DNA of 60,744 nt, counting the filler, from Dimargaris cristalligena (taxonomy: Eukaryota): NCBI GenBank assembly GCA_003614675.1. It is 9 parts of 9 records of this genome, joined end to end, with 100 filler letters (N's around TTAATTAATTAA, not from the genome) between each part and the next. Parts side by side here need not be neighbours in the genome. Positions count along the whole stretch, not along the records: positions 20,358 to 27,028 come from ML003495.1; positions 27,129 to 33,794 come from ML003496.1; positions 33,895 to 40,539 come from ML003497.1; 6 more parts are not named here. The stretch is one strand, 5' to 3'. This document shows, one piece after another, positions 26,590 to 38,882 of this stretch. Position numbers and translations under genes: made by a program. Every line of letters begins with the position of its first letter. Position 1 is the first letter of the stretch. The notes under the pieces are model-generated. The model had not been told where the DNA came from, ran no database searches, and saw nothing but the letters and a program-made list of their open reading frames with translations.

Positions 26590-27028
26590 TGTACTACCTG
26601 GGACGTCCAGCCTATTTCTAGCAGCCTTCAGAATTCGCGAGGAGGCAGTGGCCTCCTTATCAGCATGGCCTAAAGTCGCGGCATCCAGCTCCCTGGTGGC
26701 AGATGATGGGAGGTTCACGGAGCTGGATGAGACTGGGGAAGAGTTGGACGTTGTCATGGTGGGATAGTGGAGGGGCGAATGATCAGTGAAACAAAATGGA
26801 GGACGGGGGATATAAACAAGGGTGTGCAAAGTTTATTGAAAGATAATAAAAAACAGTGATGTTAATAAATAATAAATCAATAGAAAAAAAGTCACCATAG
26901 GGTTTAAGGAAATAAAAAATGAGGTCAAAAAAAACGAGAGTGGTCCTTATTCCCCCAAAACAAGCGGGGATTTGCTGGTTACTTATGTAACCATTTTGTG
27001 GGCCTTAGAGGCCACTGGATGCAAAGAA
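26590..27028 (-). mobile_element. Family B LTR, truncated by contig end
   Basis: Same terminus TGTACTACCTGGGA as 37809. It encodes the same MTTSNS...PGST frame. Confidence 0.85.
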
Positions 27029-27319
27029 NNNNNNNNNNNNNNNNNNNNNNNNNNNNNNNNNNNNNNNNNNNNTTAATTAATTAANNNNNNNNNNNNNNNN
27101 NNNNNNNNNNNNNNNNNNNNNNNNNNNNTGTCGGGTTTAACGATTGAGCCACAGGATGGGAGAACGTAGAAGTACCAGGCATGCTGATTAATTTGAAGCC
27201 AAGCAAGATGAACGAGCGTTTGGTCTCTCCATCATATTGCCCGAATTGCCACGTAAGGCATGCAGTAGCTGTCAGGATATTTAGTCGAATAGCAACCAGT
27301 AATTTGTGGGTTTACTTAC

Positions 27320-28207
27320 CTGACCGTGAACATCCCTGGAGTGGCCGCTAGGCAGGGATTCGGCTTGAAGGATGTACGACGCCAGATACATGAGGGACTT
27401 TACGAAATACTCGTAGCCACCCGTGGCCAACGGACCTTCGTCATCGGCCTTTTGGGCCTGTCCCGATAGGCACCGGTCGGTATGAGCCAGCAGGGTTAGG
27501 GAACCGTTCCGCGACTCGACATGGAATTTACACGCTTGTAGAAACTCCAGGATGGCCGACGGGTGCATACCCAAATTCCAGAGAACCGCGATATCGTCGA
27601 AGATTAACGAGGGGCTCGGTGTCGATTGGTCACCACTTCCACCAGTCCCAACCCCAACTCCACCGATATCCATAAACCCCACGATGATATGGAGGAGATC
27701 TGTGAGGTAGCGCTGACTACTGGTATACGCGGTGGCATGGTGGGAACAGTCCGTGGGGGGGTCGAAAGGCGGACAATAATAGTCGGGTGCCGTGGGGTTC
27801 TGGCTCGACCGGTCCGCAGGGTGGAACCGGCGGTGTTTAGCGAACGGGGAAGTCAGACTAACCCCGTCAATGTAAATGTACTGCCGCTGTTCGCGCTGCG
27901 GTAATAAATTCAACCCCAGTTTACGGGAGATTAGGAGGTAGTGGTTGAAAATGTGGGCCAGGCCCACCATGATCACCCGGGGCTTGGCCACCCCCATTGC
28001 TGCTGTTGTCGGCATGGTTCCCGCGGAAGGTGGTGACTCGGGCGAATGGGGGGCAGGGGGCGGCGTCTGAAGGGCATTCGTGACGATATGGTGGATCAGG
28101 AAACTGGCGTCGGAGGTCAGCGTGTCGGTAATGAGTAGAGTGCCCTGGGTGGGTAAATGATACGGAGGGCCGAAGCCCAAAGCTGTACTAAGGGTCGGGA
28201 AGCCCAT
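27320..28207 (-). CDS. ELP6: Elongator complex subunit 6, first exon (3' exon not resolved before contig end)
   Basis: Motifs LLITDTLTSDASFLIHH, FNHYLLISRKLGLNL, LIFDDIAVL and LPSGHSRDVHGQ are typical of ELP6. Donor CAG|GTAAGT at 27319. Confidence 0.85.
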
Positions 28208-28672
28208 GGCGAAATGAGATGTTCAAGTAGTAAGTAAATAAAGGCAAATATAAGAAAAGGAACCTCGGTTAGTAGGCTTAAATGGTCGAAGTAGTTGGTC
28301 TAAATGGGGTAGGCCTAAAAGCCATGGTGGCTTGGTGTTGGAAGGTACAGTGCAGCAGACTACCTTTGTATCACGAACGTGGTGTGAGAAAGTTGGGTGA
28401 GATGGTTGATATCAATAGAGCATAGTCTACTAGGTAGCCATTGCCGAAAATGATGGCTTTGGTTGATTGGGTTGGGCCTCCAGCATCTTGTTGAAGGAGT
28501 CCATTATGATATCGTACGTTTGCTATTACGTGCATAGTTGTAAAATACGGAATCCGTAGTTCATTTCACTGAGAAAGGCTGGTTCCCTATTACCAGGGAG
28601 GGAAACTGTTTAATTAGAATGGCACCAGTGCGTTTATACTAGAGCTTTCAAAAAATAGCCATCAAATAAGGG

Positions 28673-29370
28673 CTAATCAAATTCATCTAGAGAAATCCGG
28701 GCGAATACGTATAGATGCCGATCTTTCAACTCATAGACGGAGATAGAGCGGATAGGCATCATGCTAAGATTCGGGACAGCGGGACTGAATTCCATCTCAC
28801 GCAGCAGATTACTCGGTACAGGGCGGATATCGAACCAGGTCAGTCGTTTACCCGGGCACTGACGCACGCCTGTGTAAAAGACCAAAAATTGACGCCGACG
28901 TTCTTCACCCTCGGGCCCCAAGAACCGTTCCGAGTTAAACGTCAAGGGGTTCTCGAAGACGGCCGCTGTGTGATGCCAACCGTAAATATGGGATGTCCAC
29001 GCCCGTTCCCACCGGTAAATGGTGCCCGAGAATATTCACACCGCCCAAGGGCACAACCACACGGGGCAACGCGAAAGATGCCGGAGAGTAAGCCGGGAGG
29101 GTTTCGTAAATGATGGCATCGAGCTACGGAAGCCGGTTGGTGGTAACCTCATCGCTGATGATTCATGGGGAACAGTCAGGAGATTGACAGCAAATTTCTG
29201 CAACGACACGAGCGTAGATGCCGGGTTTGTTAAGTTAGGCGTATATAACCCAAGTTAGGACGTCACTCATGGTTTCGTAGCCGGTGATGACTTGCAGCAT
29301 CAGTTCCAAGGCCAGCAGTTCATCTGTAAATGGTGCAGGGTTGGTCTTAGGATCCTTGGATTGGTTATGG
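28673..29370 (-). pseudogene. Cytochrome P450 pseudogene (C-terminal half)
   Basis: I-helix VITGYETMSDVLTWVIYA followed by a stop. K-helix LP*LDAIIYETL has a stop and has lost the ExxR Arg. FNSERFL (PERF) and the heme motif FYTGVRQCPG follow a frameshift. No N-terminal half is visible. Confidence 0.85.
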
Positions 29371-29651
29371 GGAGCCGCACATGGCACTTCACTCATAACG
29401 CAATAGTTATTTCCATATCAATCTCGTAGTTCATTGACAAATAACAACCCGAGGACACTATATTTTATTTGAAGCGCCTAGAGGGACACAGTTCTGGTAT
29501 AGAGATAATCGCCATATTCGGGACTCTTGTTTTATTGAGGAATTACCAGCACGATAAGCTAGGTTGGTAAATTGGATAAACGAATGTATTGTATAATATC
29601 ACTCGGTGACAACTATAGTCAAGAATGGATATCAGACCTACCAAACGGGAC

Positions 29652-31767
29652 TCAATGCTGTTTCAGATCGGATCGTTGCTCAAGAAACAATTTACCAACC
29701 TTCCAAAGAGTGTCATGCTTCCAAGGTCCCAAGTCCTTGATTTTTTCTTGGGTGTCAGCCTCGAACTCCGTAATGATAACCGGCACGCCCATCTGGGGGA
29801 TCCCATCGAGCTCCACGAGTCGCAATTGCATGAGGTGCAGAAACTGATATGGACCCACTACTTCTTCGGCGTCAGGGCGCTGGTTAGATTTAGGTTCCGG
29901 GCAACTTAAGGTCTTGAACAGAAACTGCGCACTGTCTTTCAAACCAAGCTGGTGCATTTCACCAACTAAGCTACAGTTTGGTTCTACAGCTGCGGGTTTG
30001 TACTGGCGAGGTAAAATATGACCTAAAAACTCGCTCGGCGTTATACGTAACAGGTCCGTTTGGCGGGTCATGGCACATAACATAACGGCCAATTTTCCGA
30101 GTTCGTCATTTCGGACGTAAAAACCAGACTGGCTGTACTCATCCTGATAAGTTCGGACACCGGTAGCAAATAATTGGAGCTGGTCCTGGCGCCCCGTAAA
30201 AGCCAAGCGAGCCATAATGATGGCGGCCACAGTGTTGGAAAACATTTCATAATTAAATCCTGCCAAATGTTTATAGGCGGGAAGGTCCCACAGTTTGATC
30301 ATTGTCCAAAGTGGGCCTTCCGGACCGGCAGGCACCAATTCTTCGATGCGTTTCCTATCTTGTTTAACAAGCAGGTCAAATGATGGGTTAGTCAAGGTAG
30401 CGAAGAGCGGGACAACGTGTTTGACGTGAGTAAGAGCGTCGACAAGGTCCAGCAGCGGCAATTGTTTCGTTAGTTCAGCCTCCGACAGATCCGCCGGATT
30501 GATATATCGCTGCGCTCCTTTCTGGAAGAGGGGACTGTCTTTGCCGATTTCCAAGAGGTCACCGAGAATGATTCCTTTTGGCTGGGGTTTCGCGTATTCC
30601 AATACCTCGCTCGCACCTGCATCGGTATTCTGGATTTCAAAGATTTCATACATAATACGACAGGCTTTTCTCCAAACTCCGAGGGCCAATTGGTGGCGGA
30701 GCAGTTTTTGCCAGGGTTTGTACATGGCCCGGATTCCACTCTTTAAATGAGCCTCTGATATAACAGAATTTTTAGCTTTTAGGCCAACGCCGCGCCAGTA
30801 GGACTTAAGACCGGCTTGGAGGTCTTGGTAGGGATTCTATATATGGGTAGATGACGATACATGTAGGTAATACGTCGGTTAGTTTTCTTAAAAATAAGAC
30901 CATAATTTATCTTGGGAATTTGTTATATGGAATGGGTGCCCATATACGTACACACATAAATGGCGTGAATAACATTTCAATAGCACCAGCGAAAGGGGCG
31001 ATCTTGTTACAGCTGGTCTACTGGCTAGGGAATGGACATGTAAACCCACTTGAATAAACGATAAGTACTTTCCAAGGACCTGCTTAAATTTAGGGCCCAC
31101 TTAATCATGGCAGCCCGTGTAAAATACGATTATAACTTACCCAAATGACCTCTGGAGCGAGAGGAGCGGGAGTGTAATCGAGTCGACGAACTGGTTTATT
31201 TTTCGGAGCAAACTTATCGGCATTATCGGAACCGCCAGTACGCTTGGTCTGGTTGGGCGTATACATATCTGAGACAGAAGCCTTGGGGTTATCGGATTCA
31301 TCACTACGTTGGTTGTGGCTTAGCGTGGCCGCAATCGGGACAGAGTCCTCGCGGTTGTCAGGCTCTTTATTACGCTGGTTGGGGATGGACGCTTGCGGGT
31401 TTGGGACATACCCCTCGAGGGTTTCCGGGGGTTCGTTTTCTTGGTAGTGGCCTGGCATATACGGGCTCGGGACCAAATTCTCGAGATTACCGAGGCCTCC
31501 ACCACGCTGGTCAGTGGAACCGGACGTATAGGCGTTCCAGGTAAATTCCTCTGGATGAACGGTGTTTTCAGTCTGCTGGCTGGAACCAAGGTGATAGTTT
31601 GAAGCAGGGACCGTATTTCGGCCCCATAAACGGTTAAGTTTCTGTAGGAAGAAATCTCTCTTCCTGGTTTGAGGTTGGTCGTCTTCCATTGCACTAACAC
31701 TGCCATATACATTGAGGGAGAGGCCGAGTGCGACCAAGGCAAGAATGTTTATACGTTGAGGGAGCAT
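29652..31767 (-). CDS. Secreted orphan protein (~603 aa); exons 31767-31141 and 30836-29652
   Basis: Signal peptide MLPQRINILALVALGLSLNVYGSVSA followed by RKR. Donor TGG|GTAAGT at 31140 and acceptor TATAG|AAT at 30837 join in phase 0 (EVIW|NPYQDLQ...) into the 357-aa ORF. Helical C-terminus LAFTGRQDQLQLF...MHQLGLKDSAQFLF. Confidence 0.8.
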
Positions 31768-33206
31768 GGTGGAGGAGGGTTTAAATCTCGGTTAAACAGG
31801 GTAAGTAAAGCTGGGTAGGGGAAAATGGACACTATAAGTAGCCACGTTGTTACTGAAATAGCACGATAAGAATTTGAGGAACTAGGATAATAGTGAACGG
31901 AAAATATAGGCCTTAGTATACCAGTGTACCAATGAAATTACCAAACGATGAAGTTGAGCTACTTAGCACAGGACACCCTCAGCTTTTTATACTTTCCTGG
32001 TAAAATAACCCCAGCAATATTCACTTGGCTCCAATTGTCAGGTAACTAGCGGTGTTTATTCCAATGGACACTCCCTGCCCCTCTGCTCCCGCTCAAGCAA
32101 GTTTCCTGTTCACCGCCAAAATCAACTAGTAACCAATAAATCATCCCTTGAGACGAGCTGAAATATAACGAGATGAAAGGGAATATACCGTAGCCTCGCT
32201 AATTAGTGGTCCTCGCATCCCCTTTTCCCTTGCTGTACGAATCAAAATAGCAGTTAATGACACCTACACTAGTTCTGTGATGGTTGGGTCTTTCCTAATC
32301 GGGTGGGTCGGTTACTTGCTGTGGAAGGTTATACAGCCCAATCTATAGTATTACACTGGGGCCGTTATTTAAATAAATTCACTTTCCCTCCTATTATACT
32401 CATTGTTAACCACCCATTATTAGGAGCCCAGACTGGAGCTCATGGGAACCCGAGGCGCAGTCGCTTCATTTGAGAATCGAGGATGTAGCCACTAGGCTGC
32501 GTCGCTACCCACCCTGGTCCTTGCAGCGCTCCAACCCCCAGAAATTTAGACGGCGGAATAAATCCTTGACCGTTAAAGCTGTATTGCAGAGATATTTTCA
32601 AATATCGATGCTAATCTTTAAACCCCATTTATCTAAGAGCCCCTACTATGTAGCCAACCAATGTTTTCTATCACCCCTTCCACTATTTTCTCGAGTGTTA
32701 TCAACGTAAAACCATGCAATTACAGGCCAGATTCGTCAAAAATGTCCTAGGGTGTGACCGGTATAACAGTCTTTTGATTGGGCCGCAATAATAAAGGGTA
32801 AAACAAGGCACCGAGTAAAAGCATGAACTGGGAACCTTCTTTCATGTGCCTCCCCATTTCTGATATCATTGCACATTGTTGTGTTCTACCTCGTTGAACC
32901 AATAAAATACTACACATGCATGTAACCCCTCTTCATCTTCCAGTGTTGCAGTACTTTGGCTTCAATGGACTTCCATTTGCCAATGCCCACTTGGCTGAAA
33001 ACCCAACCCGACTGTATGAGATATGTTTCCTGTAGGCAAGTTAAACCATCCAAAATATGGGATTTTAGTATATTCAACAGGAACTCCCCCTCTCCCCTCT
33101 AATTTCCACTGCTCACCATATGGGCTATGGCAAACCATCTTATACAGTGCCAAGGTCCAGGGAGGACATGCAAGTGAGATGAGTATTCAATGTAGTGCCA
33201 ACATAA

Positions 33207-33415
33207 TGTTGGAATGGTAAATTCAAGGGTAGATACAAGTGCTTTCAAATGCAACTATAAAAGATTTAAAGAAGAGAGAAAGACCATTAAGGAGCAAAGC
33301 TAGATTCCCATGGTTGATTTTATTAAGTTGGAATTAGTTGTAGTAGTGATAAAAGTGAAGTTTTGAGAATATAATGATATAATCATAGATATTGTATAGT
33401 CTTAAGTATAGGGCT
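33207..33415. mobile_element. Family F LTR-like copy (end approximate)
   Basis: TGTTGGAATGGTAAATTC... aligns to 645-850. Confidence 0.7.
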
Positions 33416-33732
33416 GTTATGTCCTAGTGGGGGAAAATGGTAGAGTAGTGTTAAACTTATTTATTGTTATGGAAATACTAGAGAAAGGAACCTCCTCATT
33501 CCATAGGGGGAGTAGGAGCTGTTGGTTTTGATCATTGCAGATGGACATAGATCCTCCCGTTCTGCTGGATGTTACACTAACTATCCTATTGGCTGTTTAG
33601 CCTGCTATGGGCTGATTGGCCTGTTACAGTTTAAACAGTATGAGGACCAAAATACTAAAGAGGCATATTCCCAATCAACTTCAGGATTGTGTCTTTGAAG
33701 CCAGGAAAGACCAATCATAATATCATAGCAGC

Positions 33733-33794
33733 TGTAAAGAACTGAACTCAAATCCTTGAAAACTGAACTTTATTTGAAAAGATAGGTGATAAAA
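33733..33794. mobile_element. Family E terminus at contig end
   Basis: TGTAAAGAACTGAACTCAAATCCTTGAAAACTGAACTTTATTTGAAAA matches 20048-20110. Confidence 0.7.
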
Positions 33795-35343
33795 NNNNNN
33801 NNNNNNNNNNNNNNNNNNNNNNNNNNNNNNNNNNNNNNTTAATTAATTAANNNNNNNNNNNNNNNNNNNNNNNNNNNNNNNNNNNNNNNNNNNNGGGTGA
33901 AAAATATCCGCTAATGGCCCACCCACTCCCTTTCCTCTTTATCCTTTATAGTAGCCAACTCGGTGAACATAGTGCTACCTGTTGATGACCATTGGTAAAA
34001 AATCAAGCGACCCAGACGAAAACCTTGGTTGAAATTGAGGACCCGCATATCCCCCTTACCCTAGAGACAATGAGGGGTGGTGGAGATAGCGGCTTTACGG
34101 GAAGCTAGTGCCCCTTCTCCCGTTCCCTCGTTTCCATCTACGCTACATTAACCCCCCGGGGCTGACTTTAATATTCTAGACTCCGCTTTGGGTCTACATT
34201 AAACCTTCGCAATATATATATCGGGGATCTCTCCTTCGACTATTTTAGGGGAGCGCTAAAACCAACTACTAAAAACATTCCCGCATGTCTCTGATTATAG
34301 CTGGATTAAATGGCGAGGTTTCACGGGTCGCTTGACGTAAAAAGGAAAGAGCTAGAGAGTTTGCACCCCGGGGCAGCCGACCCCTCCTTTCGACACTGAA
34401 GTAGACGAATAAATTGAATAGATACGGCGCCTCGACATTTTAAAAGGTCGGTGAAGGTAGGCTGTATAACAATAACTCCTGTGCTTAATGACTTTATCCG
34501 AAGGAAATTATCGAATATAATAGCTTATTGTCTTCCATCTTGCAGCCGACATCCCCCTCTCTTCCCTCTATGGCGTTTTTAGATGGTCTCTTCATTGGGC
34601 TATCCACGGTTCGGAACCCCCATCCCGGAATGCCTCGCTAGGCTCCTGTTCATTGGCTATTGGGGAGTTTCCTTTTGTTGTTGGCCCATTATCAACTTAT
34701 TTAACTCCCTTATCAAGCTGGCATCGAGGCCCAGGAGGGAAATACGTATCAGCATGGGTTTTTTGAATTAGTCGCAGCGATAAAGTGGTCTATAGAAGCG
34801 ACAGTGGGGCCCGTGCTACGCCATCGTTCCTGTGTCCACTGTCTGTAGGGAACAGAGGGAAGGGGGGGAAGCGGGAAGAGATAAGTAGGGAGGGTGCACT
34901 GGTGTAGCAAGGGTATAAATTAAAGGCCAAAAATAGAGAGAAATAGGGAAATGTCGTTGTTTTTATAAAAACCGACCCTTTCGCCCCCTACTCTTGGGCT
35001 TTCTGTCTTCATATATCTGCTATTGACTCTCTGCGTTACTTAATTTATCGGTATATATATTTATATATAAGTTTTTGGGGAACTTTGCCAGAGGCACTCT
35101 TGGCTGATAAGTATTTCCCTGCTGCGACCCTTTTCTTTTTATTGTCCAACAGCCTCAGGCCCTACCCAATCCCTCCCTTTGAGTTTAGCTGCCTCGTTTC
35201 CCGAACTAGCCTGCGCTTGGGATACGTTTATCTTTTACTACTATTCAATACCTTCACTTAACGAGTCTTCCACAGTTGAGGAGTTCTATCACCCTCATCT
35301 TTACCGCCGTGTCTACAGTATCCAATCCCTGTCTACTAACACT

Positions 35344-37017
35344 ATGTACAGTCACCGTGTAACCTTGGGGCTTTTCTTCTACGCCTATATGGCGAAGGCC
35401 AGCCCTTTCTCACGTGACGCGCAGGGTCCAACTGATACTATGCAGTACATGGGCCAAAATTTCTCGCCGAAACCCCAGGAACTGAACAGCCACGGTGATT
35501 ATCAAACGTACATGGAAGAGATTCCTGACCAGTACTATAGGCAGAAACAGCAACCACAGTGGACGTCCGCCCCTACGGACACCTTCTACAGCCCCTCGTC
35601 TAATCCATCAGCTGGCCCTAACCAGATGGCCACGGGCTATCCGACGGGGATGAACAAAAACCTTTACGACTCTACCACGGGTGGCGGTCCACCCGGGGCC
35701 GCCGAGGCGTTTCAACCGGACGACTCCGACCCGGAACAGTTCCGCCGACCTATCCAGAATCTGAACCCGACGACTCCTTCCTTTTCGGGTGCGCCAGTGG
35801 CTAACCTAGCCCCTCCAACCATCGCTGGGGCTTCCGCCGCCGCAAGTGCGGCTATTAATGCCCCAGGGTCCAGTAATGACGTTAGTGTTGAGCCTATGAT
35901 TATCGAAGCGGAGGCGCACTTGACCGAGACGATTAAGGAAAAGTACGACGAACTCCCCGTTAAAGTCAAAGAACAAGCCGTCATTTTGACCAACGCTGCT
36001 GGTTTGTCGGACACGGCTGCCAAAACCGTGGTGGTCCAAGCCAACGACAAGACAAGCAAATATCACGGAGTCTTCGACACCCTCGTTAAACTCAAGACGA
36101 GCATCTTGGGTAGGTGGCATGGGGTCTCCCAAGCCATTCAAGACGCCCTGTGTGATTACAACATGAAGCAGTTTAAGAACAATGAGCTCGGGTATATGTT
36201 GGGCGACTTTTTGGTAACCAAAGAACCGTTGGAGATCTCGGATATGACGACGTACGCGACGGACCCCGACAAAAACGAAAAACCCTATTCCATCACATAT
36301 GTGCTGGCAATTCACTCGCTTGCCGGGTCCGTTCAACAATTTATGGAATCGGCCAAAAATGCTAACGTGGACGGCCAGGTCATTCAAATGAAAGTTAACG
36401 AGATGTCCCAGCAAATTAAAATGACCATTAGCCCCGAGGCAAGCGGAAGTTCTTCAATCGGGATCCCCCAATCGCTAAAACGGCGGTCGCCCCAATTACT
36501 TCAACTTATCGCCAAAACAGTGGCGGGCGCCGCGCCCAAGGTTGCCCCAATCCTCGCGAAAAAGGCGGCCGAAATGGGCACCAAATTCGCCCCGGCCATC
36601 GTGAGCAAGTTTGCCCAAATCGGGGCCAAGATTGCCCCGAGACTCTTTGCCAAACCGGTGGCTGGGTTGGGTGCGGGCCTCGTGGCTGCCGGGGCTGCTG
36701 GGGCTGCCGTGGGAGGAGGGGCTACCGTAGCCGCGGCGAGTACGGCGGCGGTAGGGGCGGGTACTGCAGCTACAGCGGTGGCGGCCGGGGCAGGTGCTAC
36801 TGTGGCCGCCGAAGGTCTAGCTAGTACGCTGTTTACCACTTTAGCTACGAGTGCCCTCGCGGTCGGTGCTACGCAAGGCCTAAACAGCATATTGAGAACG
36901 GCCAAATCCAAGGAAGATGTCGAAACCCGGGTCACCCTCATGACGGTAACCAAACTTGTGTGTCAGAAGACCAATACAGTATTCTCGTATAACCTACCCT
37001 CCTTGAAAGGGATGTGA
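35344..37017 (+). CDS. Secreted 557-aa precursor with internal KRR site, cationic amphipathic repeats and Gly/Ala-zipper segment
   Basis: The first ATG of the long ORF gives MYSHRVTLGLFFYAYMAKASP (signal-peptide-like). The ORF is intronless. SLKRR|SPQLLQLIAK... is followed by AGLGAGLVAAGAAGAAVGGG... Confidence 0.85.
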   Translation: MYSHRVTLGLFFYAYMAKASPFSRDAQGPTDTMQYMGQNFSPKPQELNSHGDYQTYMEEIPDQYYRQKQQPQWTSAPTDTFYSPSSNPSAGPNQMATGYPTGMNKNLYDSTTGGGPPGAAEAFQPDDSDPEQFRRPIQNLNPTTPSFSGAPVANLAPPTIAGASAAASAAINAPGSSNDVSVEPMIIEAEAHLTETIKEKYDELPVKVKEQAVILTNAAGLSDTAAKTVVVQANDKTSKYHGVFDTLVKLKTSILGRWHGVSQAIQDALCDYNMKQFKNNELGYMLGDFLVTKEPLEISDMTTYATDPDKNEKPYSITYVLAIHSLAGSVQQFMESAKNANVDGQVIQMKVNEMSQQIKMTISPEASGSSSIGIPQSLKRRSPQLLQLIAKTVAGAAPKVAPILAKKAAEMGTKFAPAIVSKFAQIGAKIAPRLFAKPVAGLGAGLVAAGAAGAAVGGGATVAAASTAAVGAGTAATAVAAGAGATVAAEGLASTLFTTLATSALAVGATQGLNSILRTAKSKEDVETRVTLMTVTKLVCQKTNTVFSYNLPSLKGM

Positions 37018-37079
37018 GACTCGTTCAAAAGCTATTCGTCTATGTAATTATTACGTATGCATATGCTCAAGGAACATAT

Positions 37080-37214
37080 GGGAGATATCCAGCCAGGCCG
37101 TATTACGAAAAATCCGCTGGATGAGGCAAATATTGCTGATCAAAAATGAGTGGCAATTTATTTTCATACACACATACTAGTTAGAACGTTATACAGCTGG
37201 TCCGAATATCATCC
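37080..37214 (-). mobile_element. 136-bp MITE family, diverged copy 62 bp after the 37017 stop codon
   Basis: GGGAGATATCCAGCCAGGCCGTATTA ... TTATACAGCTGGTCCGAATATCATCC. Confidence 0.8.
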
Positions 37215-37251
37215 ATTTGGTTTTAAAAGTATTTCGTGGTGCCAGTCGGAG

Positions 37252-37471
37252 TATTGGAAACCCATTTCCCTCGACCCATTGATTCTATATTTCTGATTAT
37301 ATCGTCCCATACTCGGGTCAACAATTTATACTGCTTATTTATTTATCGATTTCAATAAAACCAACCGTAGACGTTTAGCCATGCCATTTGCAATTCTTTC
37401 TCTATTCTAATACACCCTTAAGTTGCATCAGGAAGTCACTTGTGTTTACCATCGAATTTATCATTATAATA
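37252..37471. mobile_element. Family F LTR-like copy, reverse, diverged
   Basis: Reverse complement contains AAACACAAGTGACTTCCTGATGCAACTTAA and GTTGGTTTTATTGAAAT, similar to 645-903. Confidence 0.65.
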
Positions 37472-37808
37472 TTTACTCTGTCCATTGTATTACTACTTTG
37501 GTAATTCCTTGGCCATGGTCGTCGGGTCATGTAGACCAGGAATTACGTATGGGTAGTATTTAATACAATTTTGGATACTGAATAAAATGCATGTGAACTA
37601 ATTGACGAATAGGTCAGTTTGAGCCAATAAAAACGGTCCCACCAACTAGACTTCTCGTTTTACAATGAGGACGGACTTCTACCACACGACTGATTTACTG
37701 TAGTGTACCTCGGTCCCTTTTCAGGTTATAATTATTAGGTAGACCGGCTACATCTAGTCAATCTCGGATTCCATTTGACTAAGCCAACATATATGTTGGA
37801 TCTGTAAT

Positions 37809-38529
37809 TGTACTACCTGGGAGGTCCGGCTTGTGGCTAACGGTCTTTGGAATTTGCAAAGAGGCAGTGGCCTCCTTATCAGCGCGGCCTAAAGTCGCGG
37901 TGGCCAGCTCCCTGGTGGCAGAAGACGGGAGGTTCGCAGAGTTGGGTGTCGTCATGGTAGGGTTTCGGAGGGGCGAATGGTCGGTAAAACAGATAGAGGA
38001 CGGGGGTATAAACGAGGGGTGCAAAAGTTTATTGAAAGATAATAAAAACGGTGGTGTTAATAATAAATAATAAATAGAAAGTCGCAGTCAAGTTTTCAGG
38101 AATAGAAAAGATGAGTTCAAATAAGACGAGTGGTGATGATTGTCCCCCTTTTCCAAATGAGCGGGAATTCGCTGGCTACTTATGTAACCATTCTGAGGGC
38201 CTTAGGGGCCGCTAGATACAGAGAAAAGGACGTGGAAAACAATTAGCGAATGTAATAAGATAGAATGTAAGAGAATCTACCGAGAAATAGGTCGGACTTT
38301 TTAATGCAAAGAAGAAGGGCGGACTTTTTTTTATGCAAACCATGAGTGTAAAAGAAACGAATAATATTTTCGGTATTCTTAGTATATGCCACAGTATGGG
38401 CGGTAATTTCAGTGGGAAAATGCTGGGAATGATACCACTAATGTATATCACGGTATATTCCACCCCCTGACAATGATGACTGGCTGTCCATAGTCCGGGG
38501 ATAAGTGCTGACCTCCAGATGGAACTACA
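37809..38529 (-). mobile_element. Solo LTR, family B, with 4-bp TSD TAAT
   Basis: TAAT|TGTACTACC...GGAACTACA|TAAT; the most CpG-rich B copy. Confidence 0.9.
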
Positions 38530-38592
38530 TAATGAGGTAGTACCACAGGCCTAGCTTATCATTCACCTCCTCATCCCCATGATATGAAGGTC

Positions 38593-38882
38593 TGTAGTAC
38601 CACGGCCCGGGGATCCGGGAGGGTTCGGCGTGACCCTGTCAGGTTGTAGGGCACTGGACCGTGAGGAGGAAGAGGAGGAGGAGGAGGAGGCTGAAAACAA
38701 CATTTCAAGTGGAGAGCGGGGATGGGATGGAGAGGGCAGAGGGCAGAGGAGACACCTCTGGGCTCCCAGTGAACGGATGCTTGGAATGGAACATAGTCTT
38801 ATATTAATTAAATGAAATAACTTTAAAGATTTGGTAAATCATTTCATTTTAAAAGGAATGAATATATTTAGAACTCAGGGAC
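38593..38882. mobile_element. Repeat family C, interrupted near its end by a family A LTR
   Basis: TGTAGTACCACGGCCCGGGGATCCGGGAGGG... aligns to 40098-40424. Contains a (GAG)n microsatellite at about 38663-38690. Confidence 0.8.

Noticed and set aside
35179..35343. 55-codon N-terminal extension of the 612-aa ORF from a TTG start
   Set aside because: In a eukaryote the first ATG (35344) is the likely start, and it yields a signal peptide.
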